64,000 bases of DNA. Source: Gammaproteobacteria bacterium (GTDB lineage: Bacteria; Pseudomonadota; Gammaproteobacteria; Eutrophobiales; Eutrophobiaceae). The DNA lies in assembly GCA_041984885.1 (NCBI GenBank), contig JBHIXH010000003.1:30823-94822 (forward strand). Direction: 5' to 3'. The position numbers and the translations under genes were made by a program. Below the pieces are notes generated by a model that was given only the letters and a program-made list of their open reading frames with translations, did not search any database and was not told the origin of the DNA. Every line of letters begins with the position of its first letter. The first letter of the stretch is position 1. Positions 38,427 through 45,547 of this stretch are shown in pieces.

Positions 38427-39113
38427 ATGACAACCCAACCGCATTCCACACGCTCGAACCGCCGTTGCCGTTTGCAGGCAGGTACAATGACCATTGCTCT
38501 GATCGTGTCTTTGCCTGCCGCGATGAACGGTTGCGCCAGCACCGATGATGGTGGCCAACATCAAGCCAGCACCTCGCAACACTCAGCTCCCGTGAACATG
38601 TTTGGTGGTGCGTCTTACCAGGGTGAGCCTGCTCTGGCGGTAACGGCTGCGCTGGTAAAAGCCGGCGGTGGCAGTGAAAAGTTCAGCTTTGCGAAAGCGC
38701 TGGTTTCTATGCTTGGCATGGAAACCGTCAACGCGGAAGTTGCAAAATTGACACGGCAATATGGTGAAGCTGAGGTCAATACCTTCCTCGGCGGTATGGA
38801 TCTAGCCATCAATCTCAGCCTCAAGCACGCTACTCAGGCTGGTGTCAGCTTACCCGAACCCGCCCCGTTAAGCGGCGCGGAACTGGCAAAAACTCTGGTC
38901 ACTGCCGGCACTACACCCGATGGCACCTTCTGGAGCGGCTACCTTTTCGACAAGGCGGTATCCAACAAGATTCATCATCAGGTGATGGTGGATATCAACA
39001 ACAGCGCGGGCTACGAAGCGGATCTGACAACCCACAAAATTCTCAACCAGGCGATGTATGACGTGGCTCAGGCGTTGGGTATGAAGCACGTAAAACTGGC
39101 CAGTTTGCACTAA
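38427..39113 (+). CDS. hypothetical lipoprotein, possibly Tat-exported
   Basis: AGGAGG RBS, then MTTQPHSTRSNRRCRLQAGTMTIALIVSLPAAMNGCAS (an RR motif plus lipobox AMNGC). The mature part has no domain I recognise. The ORF track starts at 38208, inside the globin remnant. Confidence 0.6.
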   Translation: MTTQPHSTRSNRRCRLQAGTMTIALIVSLPAAMNGCASTDDGGQHQASTSQHSAPVNMFGGASYQGEPALAVTAALVKAGGGSEKFSFAKALVSMLGMETVNAEVAKLTRQYGEAEVNTFLGGMDLAINLSLKHATQAGVSLPEPAPLSGAELAKTLVTAGTTPDGTFWSGYLFDKAVSNKIHHQVMVDINNSAGYEADLTTHKILNQAMYDVAQALGMKHVKLASLH

Positions 39114-39188
39114 TCATCGCGCAACGCAGTCGCGAGGCTCACAACCGGGACTGCAGCTGTGAGTCTCGATTAACAAGAGGAACTGAAT

Positions 39189-39527
39189 ATGTTGAATTAC
39201 GCTTTGATCGCATTTGGAATTACCGCCGTGGGTGGTCTGGTACTGGCAACCAGTGTGTTACGCGGCAAACTCGCCCCTTGGGCATTGTCCGTGGTGCATG
39301 CCTTGCTGGGTGCTACCGGATTGGTACTGTTGATCACGATACTGTTGCTGGGCTCCGCACCGCAGCAAGTCTTAATCGGCTTTGTGTTGTTATTAGTCAC
39401 CGCTCTGGGTGGCTTCTTCCTGGCATCATTTCATGTGCGGAAGAAAATTGCACCCAAGGCGGCAGTGGTCGTGCATGCCGGCGTGGCAGTTGCCGGTTTT
39501 CTGACCCTGCTCAGCCTGTTGCTATAA
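39189..39527 (+). CDS. hypothetical 4-TM membrane protein with internal 2-TM duplication
   Basis: 112 aa. The halves align: LRGKLAPWALSVVHALLGATGLVLLI versus VRKKIAPKAAVVVHAGVAVAGFLTLL. Each half has one intramembrane His. Confidence 0.6.
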   Translation: MLNYALIAFGITAVGGLVLATSVLRGKLAPWALSVVHALLGATGLVLLITILLLGSAPQQVLIGFVLLLVTALGGFFLASFHVRKKIAPKAAVVVHAGVAVAGFLTLLSLLL

Positions 39528-39530
39528 ATC

Positions 39531-39941
39531 ATGCAGCACCCGCTGCACCCGTCGTTGGTACATTTCCCCATTGCCTGCTGGCCACTGGCGGTGCTTGCCG
39601 ACTTTGCCAGCCTGCACTTCGGCGAGGTAGCCTGGCGTTGGTCGGCAGGCCTTCTGGCAGTGGGTTGTAGCATGGCGCTACTCGCCATGTTGGCCGGGTT
39701 CGTGGAACTTTCAAAGGTTCCGGAAGGCCCACCACTGCGGGACACCTATTGGCACATGAGTTTAATGTTTGCTGCGTTTACTCTATTTTCCGTACGGTTA
39801 CTATTGGGTCAGGAACAATTCCAGCCCATTGCACCAAATTTAACTCTATTGTGCGTGGATGTGATAGCTCTCGTTTGTCTGGTCGTTGGCGGCTGGCTTG
39901 GCGGTCGGCTGGTATATGAACATGGTGTCGGGCGAACTTGA
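39531..39941 (+). CDS. DUF2231 domain membrane protein
   Basis: 136 aa. N-terminus MQHPLHPSLVHFPIACWPLAVLADF is the DUF2231 signature (HP-x-LVHFPIA). Starts 3 nt after the previous stop. Confidence 0.75.
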   Translation: MQHPLHPSLVHFPIACWPLAVLADFASLHFGEVAWRWSAGLLAVGCSMALLAMLAGFVELSKVPEGPPLRDTYWHMSLMFAAFTLFSVRLLLGQEQFQPIAPNLTLLCVDVIALVCLVVGGWLGGRLVYEHGVGRT

Positions 39942-40079
39942 AAGACCGTACTTATTACCGTAATAACACCCCAAACAACACAGCATCAGGATTCGACCTG
40001 AACAATTATGGGTTTCTAGCAGTCACTAGAGATGACGCGTGATACTGTGCTCGCATTTCGGTACAGCTTGCAAGAAGCA

Positions 40080-40229
40080 ATGAAACAACCTATTACACTG
40101 TCACTTTTGGCTTTGTCATTTTCCGTATCTACTGAACAGGCAGGTTGCATCGGCAAGCGTGATCTGGATAACGACGGCGTTATTCATACGATACAATCAG
40201 GTCCAATCGAAATGTTAGGCAACGCATGA
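40080..40229 (+). CDS. hypothetical small secreted/lipoprotein-like peptide (49 aa)
   Basis: The internal ATG gives MKQPITLSLLALSFSVSTEQAGC.... Weak call; the ORF track has 40032..40229. Confidence 0.25.
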   Translation: MKQPITLSLLALSFSVSTEQAGCIGKRDLDNDGVIHTIQSGPIEMLGNA

Positions 40230-40247
40230 GACCTGCTGATTGTTACG

Positions 40248-40532
40248 TTGAGTGCAAACGGCAATGCACTCGAGACATTTAATGGCAATCGACCTGCAAG
40301 ATTATGGTTCTACTGGCGACTGGTAAATAGCGAAGGCGTTGTCACTGCGTTTACCTTCATGAAACAAGAGTTAAAGCAGCAGAGCATCACTGTTTATGTC
40401 GGTACCGCCGGGTCCGGGCTTGGGGAATCGTTGCTGGCGACAATGTTCGAAAAGACTCGCGTCCATATTCTCGACCGGGTCAGTCCTTATACGGTTCCGG
40501 ATCATCCGGACGGAAACGAGTGGGGCAAGTGA
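40248..40532 (+). CDS. hypothetical protein (94 aa), possibly a GNAT-like fragment; its N-terminus carries the ALETFNGNR repeat copy 2
   Basis: TTG-start ORF. ITVYVGTAGSGLGESLLATMFEK is reminiscent of GNAT motif A. Too short for a full domain. Confidence 0.35.
   Translation: MSANGNALETFNGNRPARLWFYWRLVNSEGVVTAFTFMKQELKQQSITVYVGTAGSGLGESLLATMFEKTRVHILDRVSPYTVPDHPDGNEWGK
40266..40292 (+). repeat. 27-nt direct repeat, copy 2 (encodes ALETFNGNR)
   Basis: See copy 1. All four mismatches fall on third codon positions and are synonymous. Confidence 0.8.
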
Positions 40533-40605
40533 TGCCCTAACCTGACCAGGTGCGGGCTGGTGCAACTTAACCAGAGATATCAACCATACAATTGGAGAGA
40601 GATAT

Positions 40606-41019
40606 ATGAACGTGAATACTCAATGCCTGTGCGGTTCAGTGGCAATAGAAGCAGAGCTATCGAGCACGGAAGTGGCGGCGTGCCACTGCAGCATGTGCAG
40701 AAAGTGGGCCGGCGGGCCGATGCTGGCGATTGACTGCGGTGGTTCAGTGAAATTCAAAAATGAATCTCTGGTGACCCGTTATCCCTCTTCCGACTGGGCC
40801 GACAGGGGATTTTGCTCAAAATGCGGCACGCATTTATTCTATTATTTAAAGTCGGCCAATCAGTATCATTTGCCAGCCGGTTTAATGGAAACCGACGCTG
40901 ATTACGCGTTAACACATCAGATCTTCATCGACGAAAAACCGGCTTATTACAGCTTCTCCAACGAGACGAAAAATATGACCGGCGCTGAAGTGTTTGCCGA
41001 ATTTGAAAATAATCAATAA
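40606..41019 (+). CDS. GFA (CENP-V/glutathione-dependent formaldehyde-activating) family protein
   Basis: 137 aa. CLCGSVAIEA...CHCSMCRKWAGGP...CSKCGTHLFY. GGAGAG RBS. Confidence 0.8.
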   Translation: MNVNTQCLCGSVAIEAELSSTEVAACHCSMCRKWAGGPMLAIDCGGSVKFKNESLVTRYPSSDWADRGFCSKCGTHLFYYLKSANQYHLPAGLMETDADYALTHQIFIDEKPAYYSFSNETKNMTGAEVFAEFENNQ

Positions 41020-41088
41020 GTGCGCGTCGAGTAAATTAACCGCAAACGCCAGCACCACTGCCATAACGAACAACGCTATTTATACATT

Positions 41089-41784
41089 ATGCGAGCGCAC
41101 TATTTACAACACGTGCCATTTGAAGGATTGGGCAGTATCGAACCCTGGCTGTTGCAACATGGCTATACAATCACCTGCACGCGACTGTTTGACTCCGAAC
41201 CGCTGCCAGACATTGACGATGTCGACTTTCTTATTGTTATGGGAGGCCCGATGAGCGTCAACGATGAAGACGATTATCCCTGGCTCGCAACAGAAAAGAC
41301 ATTCATCAGTCGTTTTATTAAAAGTGAGAAGCCGGTGCTTGGCATTTGCCTCGGCGCACAATTGATCGCTGTCGCCATGGGCGCGGAGGTGTTTGCCAAT
41401 TCAGAAAAAGAGATTGGCTGGTTTCCGATCGAAGCCATCCGGCCTGCAGGCCACGAGGTGTTTCAGTTTCCGACGACAAACCAGGTATTTCATTGGCACG
41501 GCGAAACCTTTCATTTGCCGGACGGCGCGGTTCGACTGGCAAAAAGCGACGCTTGCGACAACCAGGCGTTTCAGCTGGGTGATCATGTCATTGGTTTACA
41601 GTTTCACCTGGAGACAACCGAAGACTCGGCTAAAACACTGATTGTGAATTGCCGGCACGAACTGGTTCAGGCGACGCACGTCCAGTCAGAGGCGGAGTTA
41701 TTGTCCGCCCCGCAACAACACTACGCTTGCATAAACCGCTTGATGGACGAGGTGCTTGAGTACCTGCATAAACGGGTTCGTTAA
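41089..41784 (+). CDS. class I (type 1) glutamine amidotransferase
   Basis: 231 aa. Nucleophile elbow VLGICLGAQL and His/Glu pair in IGLQFHLE. Confidence 0.85.
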   Translation: MRAHYLQHVPFEGLGSIEPWLLQHGYTITCTRLFDSEPLPDIDDVDFLIVMGGPMSVNDEDDYPWLATEKTFISRFIKSEKPVLGICLGAQLIAVAMGAEVFANSEKEIGWFPIEAIRPAGHEVFQFPTTNQVFHWHGETFHLPDGAVRLAKSDACDNQAFQLGDHVIGLQFHLETTEDSAKTLIVNCRHELVQATHVQSEAELLSAPQQHYACINRLMDEVLEYLHKRVR

Positions 41785-41844
41785 CCTCTGAAACAATAAT
41801 TGCTGAACACGCTCGACGGCTCGTATCCGCGATACACTATCTGC

Positions 41845-42678
41845 ATGCACTCCATTACCGATGCTTACCTGTCAATTGCTGCGCAACTGTCTGCCAGCCT
41901 TGGCCCGTCGACGGTAGCGGCCTTGCACCTGCCGCCAGCGCCCGGCAGAAAAGACGCGGAGTTTTGTGCGTTGGAACTTGATGATGGCTCGATAGGGTTT
42001 AGTTATATAAAACTGCAAGGTACCGAGGCTAGGTTACGCGCACGCTATGGAGACAATGGCGTCTCCGGAATGCCGGCGGCCGGGCTTGCGCAACAACTTG
42101 GCAGCACCGATGCCGTGACAAAGACGCTGGCCTTTGCCGCTATCAACGCGCTATCGCAACAATTATTCAGCCGCGCTCAATGGCAGCCACCGACCAGTAT
42201 CGACCCGCTTGGCCATATCGATGCGCAGCCAAACGAACACATTGGTATGATCGGGCTGTTTCCACCGTTGCTACCGGAAATAAAAAAGTCCGGGGCCAGG
42301 CTGACCGTGCTCGAGTTACGCCAGTCACTGGTACGGGATGAGGACAATGTTCGCGTCACGCTGGACCCGGCCGAACTTGGCTCGTGTGAAAAAGTCGTCA
42401 GCACCTGCACCGTCATGTTGAATGATACGCTGGATGACGTGCTCGCACGCTGTCGCGCTGCGAAACGTTTTGTCATTGTTGGCCCGACGGCCGGTTGTGT
42501 GCCGGATCCGTTGTTTGCGCGCGGCGTGCATGCCGTTGGTGGCCGCCGCGTCGTTGACCGTGATCGATTTCTTGCTGCTTTTTGTGCCGGTAAAAAATGG
42601 AGTGCGCATGCAAATAAATACGTGCTGACAGCGGATAACTATCCCGGCCTGGATGAACTAATGGCGCGAATTAACTGA
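41845..42678 (+). CDS. DUF4213/DUF364-like (putative heavy-metal chelation fold) protein
   Basis: About 277 aa. Rossmann-like C-terminal half (IGMIGLFPPL...VVSTCTVMLNDTLD...VIVGPTAG). The start is uncertain (TTG at 41800 or ATG at 41845). Confidence 0.5.
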   Translation: MHSITDAYLSIAAQLSASLGPSTVAALHLPPAPGRKDAEFCALELDDGSIGFSYIKLQGTEARLRARYGDNGVSGMPAAGLAQQLGSTDAVTKTLAFAAINALSQQLFSRAQWQPPTSIDPLGHIDAQPNEHIGMIGLFPPLLPEIKKSGARLTVLELRQSLVRDEDNVRVTLDPAELGSCEKVVSTCTVMLNDTLDDVLARCRAAKRFVIVGPTAGCVPDPLFARGVHAVGGRRVVDRDRFLAAFCAGKKWSAHANKYVLTADNYPGLDELMARIN

Positions 42679-42684
42679 AAAATA

Positions 42685-43176
42685 ATGACGAAAGAAGACA
42701 TCATAAAAACATTGAAACTGGAGCCGCACCCGTTGGAAGGCGGTTATTTCCGCCGCACGTACGAATCAGCACACTGTATGAATACGGATGTCGGCGAACG
42801 AAGGTGGCTCACGTCGATGTATTACCTGCTGACAGATGACAGTCCGATTGGATACCTGCATAAAAACCGGTCCGACATTATTCATTACTATCATGCCGGC
42901 GCACCGATTCGCTACGTCATTATGAATCCGACAGGCGAGATCAGGGAGGCCGTGCTGGGTCCTGATCTCAGTAACGGTGAGCAGCTACAACTCGTGGTCA
43001 AAGGTGGCGAGTGGAAGGCGGCGGAATTGTGCTCGGGCAGTTATGGCCTGCTCAGCGAGGCCGTCTCGCCCGGCTTTGATTATGACGATAATACGCTCGC
43101 CGGGGTCGAAGTGATTGAAAGCCTGGGCCCGGCCGAAAGGGATCGCGTTGCACGGTTCCTAAAAGGCCTGCGTTGA
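42685..43176 (+). CDS. DUF985 cupin superfamily protein
   Basis: 163 aa. LKLEPHPLEGGYFRRTYES is the DUF985 N-terminal signature. Confidence 0.75.
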   Translation: MTKEDIIKTLKLEPHPLEGGYFRRTYESAHCMNTDVGERRWLTSMYYLLTDDSPIGYLHKNRSDIIHYYHAGAPIRYVIMNPTGEIREAVLGPDLSNGEQLQLVVKGGEWKAAELCSGSYGLLSEAVSPGFDYDDNTLAGVEVIESLGPAERDRVARFLKGLR

Positions 43177-43189
43177 ATACAGATAACAC

Positions 43190-43927
43190 TTATTGGCTTT
43201 GTGGTTCGGCCTCTTCCAGCTTGTGTTTGCGCATCAACCACAGATAGCAGGCCGCGGAGATACCGGAGGATCCGAAAATCATGCACATGACCATGATCTG
43301 GTAGCGCACCGCGATCAGCGGTGACACGCCAGACAGGATCTGGCCGGTCATCATGCCGGGCAACGACACGAGACCCACGGCAAACATCGAGTTAATGACC
43401 GGGATCATCGCTGCTCGCATCGCGTTATTGCGTGCCTTCATATAATCCACCTGGTTCACGGTCTCTGATTCAAAGCGTTCAGCCGCCACGCTGACCGTGT
43501 TCATTGCATTTGAAAATATCATCCCGGCCAGCGGTATGACCATGTGCGGGGCAAACCACGGCTGCAGCTCCAGCACCGAGGTAGTCACGAGAAACAGCGT
43601 GCTGACGCCACCGAGTGATGTGGCGATTAACACATTGAAATACAGTTGCGAGTTGGTCCGGCTTAACGGTCGTAATGCGATCCAGCTGGAAACCAGCAGC
43701 ATGATGATTAACACGGCCACCACGATCAGCGACTGGTTCGTTTCAAAAATATAGGTAAGCACGTAGCCGATTGCGATCAGTTGCACCAACATGCGCGCGA
43801 TCGCGTACACGGACGTTTTTCCGCTCAATGACCAGTACGACATGATACCGACGACAACAAACGCCGGGATAAACGACAAGGCAAGATTAAAAACCGGGAT
43901 CACGTTAACACTTTGCATTTCATTCAC
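43190..43927 (-). CDS. UPF0014/FetB-like ABC-type permease subunit
   Basis: 245 aa multi-TM protein. Length and composition are typical of FetB/YbbM. No partner ATPase gene is adjacent. Confidence 0.6.
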   Translation of the reverse strand: MNEMQSVNVIPVFNLALSFIPAFVVVGIMSYWSLSGKTSVYAIARMLVQLIAIGYVLTYIFETNQSLIVVAVLIIMLLVSSWIALRPLSRTNSQLYFNVLIATSLGGVSTLFLVTTSVLELQPWFAPHMVIPLAGMIFSNAMNTVSVAAERFESETVNQVDYMKARNNAMRAAMIPVINSMFAVGLVSLPGMMTGQILSGVSPLIAVRYQIMVMCMIFGSSGISAACYLWLMRKHKLEEAEPQSQ

Positions 43928-43978
43928 TCATTTGGGTGAGGCGCCAGTATAAGCGATGCCCCGCACAGGTCATATTTA

Positions 43979-44006
43979 TTGACGTCGATCAGCGCCACCG
44001 TATAAT
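43979..44006 (+). promoter_or_regulatory. near-consensus sigma-70 promoter upstream of the PEP-CTERM gene
   Basis: TTGACG, a 16-nt spacer, then TATAAT. It lies 43 nt upstream of the ATG at 44049. Confidence 0.5.
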
Positions 44007-44048
44007 CGCAGGGTGTAAACGGATTTTTTACTGACAGGGAGCATTGTC

Positions 44049-44621
44049 ATGACGAAACACTTTCTTGTTTTTATTTTTCTTCTCACGGCGGTGCCAGTCC
44101 AGGCCATGCCGATTCAATTTGATTTTCGCAGTCCACTGATCGAGACTCTGGACGAAGCGGTCTCATTTAACCTGTCGTCAGGCGGCTTGATACTCACTGT
44201 CGCCACGAGTGACGGACTGCTGAATCGAACCAATAACGGTTTCGGTGTCAACGCAACCGGGGCCGGTGATAATACGGATGCGCTCGATGCCGGTAGCGGC
44301 TTCAGTGAAAGCCTGACCTTTCAGTTTAATTTACCGGTTTCATTAATTGGCTTTACTGTCTCCGGCGTTGGCAGCCAGGACATCGGCGAATATGTGGTTC
44401 ACCCGGCGGCTGTGGTCACATTTGATTCATCCGGATTGCATTCGCTGGACAACCAGCTGCTACTGGCCGGTGAGCGTCTCGGTATTATGCATGTAGCTGG
44501 CAACGGCTTCAGCCTTGACAGCCTGTCGGTGGAAATGGCCAGTGTGCCTGCACCGGCTACACTGCCGTTATTATTCGCAGGATTACTGCTTACGGCGATG
44601 GTCCGATATAAACGTTGTTAG
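44049..44621 (+). CDS. PEP-CTERM sorting-domain secreted protein
   Basis: Signal peptide FLLTAVPVQA. C-terminus VPAPATLPLLFAGLLLTAMVRYKRC, a VPEP-like motif (here VPAP) plus a TM helix and a basic tail. Confidence 0.75.
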   Translation: MTKHFLVFIFLLTAVPVQAMPIQFDFRSPLIETLDEAVSFNLSSGGLILTVATSDGLLNRTNNGFGVNATGAGDNTDALDAGSGFSESLTFQFNLPVSLIGFTVSGVGSQDIGEYVVHPAAVVTFDSSGLHSLDNQLLLAGERLGIMHVAGNGFSLDSLSVEMASVPAPATLPLLFAGLLLTAMVRYKRC

Positions 44622-45448
44622 GCGTCGTGCGCTGCCTGCAACAATTTTAAAATGCGTTTTACATAAGCGCGTGTTTCCTGAAACGGTGGCACACCTTTAT
44701 ATTGCGCAACTGCATTTTCACCGGCGTTATACCCGGCCAGTGCCAGGCTGATATCGCCTTTAAAGTGATCCAGCAACCAGCGTAGATAGGCCATACCGCC
44801 ATGCAGGTTTTGCAATGGGTCCCAGACATCGTCCACGTTAAAACGATCCGCCGTCGCCGGGATTAATTGCATCAGTCCCTGCGCGTTTTTTTCCGAACGC
44901 GCTTTGACATTAAAGTTGGATTCCGTTTCGATGACCGCCAGCACCAGGTTGGCGTCAAGTTCATAATCCGGTGCCAGGCGTTGCACCCAGTAATGGATCA
45001 GTTTTTTATCCGGGTTCGGTACACTTTTAATCGGCGGTAATATCTCCTTGCCATTCGCCAGCAGACAACGACGATTATCCTCAACAGCGACCGTGGTCAG
45101 CCGCTGCAACATTTTCTGCGCAAACCGGTCGCCGGCCTCCGCGGCCCGCGAAAACCAGGCCGCAGCAATCGCATCATCACGCGGCACACCCCGTCCGTTC
45201 GCATAGATCCAGCCCAGCTGATAATTGGCATCGGCGTCGCCTTTACGCGCGGCGTGACAATAGATTTTGATCGCCTGGTTCATATCACGTGGCACGCCCT
45301 CGCCATGTTCATAACGGGCCGCCAACTCACGCATTGCCACGACTGACATGTATTCAAATTGTGTATCGGCTGGCGTCAAGTCGAGCGTGTATGCCACCGA
45401 ACTGTAGGCAATCAGCGACAAAAGCAGGCTGGAAAAACATTGGCGCAT
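44618..45448 (-). CDS. lytic transglycosylase (SLT domain) with N-terminal Sel1 repeats
   Basis: Signal peptide from MRQCFSSLLLSLIAYSSVA. Sel1 repeats (YEHGEGVPRDMNQAIKIY, GWIYANGRGVPRDDAIAAAWF). SLT catalytic motif IETESNFN...AQGLMQLIPATA. Confidence 0.8.
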   Translation of the reverse strand: MRQCFSSLLLSLIAYSSVAYTLDLTPADTQFEYMSVVAMRELAARYEHGEGVPRDMNQAIKIYCHAARKGDADANYQLGWIYANGRGVPRDDAIAAAWFSRAAEAGDRFAQKMLQRLTTVAVEDNRRCLLANGKEILPPIKSVPNPDKKLIHYWVQRLAPDYELDANLVLAVIETESNFNVKARSEKNAQGLMQLIPATADRFNVDDVWDPLQNLHGGMAYLRWLLDHFKGDISLALAGYNAGENAVAQYKGVPPFQETRAYVKRILKLLQAAHDA

Positions 45449-45547
45449 GCACGATATCCTCACTAAATCAGCCAATTGGCCGATCTAGCCTGTGTTATAT
45501 AAAGAGTTTAACGGATATATGGCAGAAAGCGTGCCAGGATACAACGT

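Noticed and set aside
40164-40220. GTTAGGC core-like heptamer at 40214..40220 and an ATAACG-acgg-CGTTAT dyad at 40165..40180, considered as an eroded attC.
   Set aside because: No complementary GCCTAAC lies within 150 bp upstream. The dyad is too short (about 16 bp). The heptamer alone is expected by chance.
40533-40605. A possible attC site after ORF 40248..40532 (CCCTAAC...ACTTAAC with an internal ACCAG/CTGGT dyad).
   Set aside because: The two terminal boxes are direct repeats, not inverted. Neither strand gives a complementary RYYYAAC/GTTRRRY pair.
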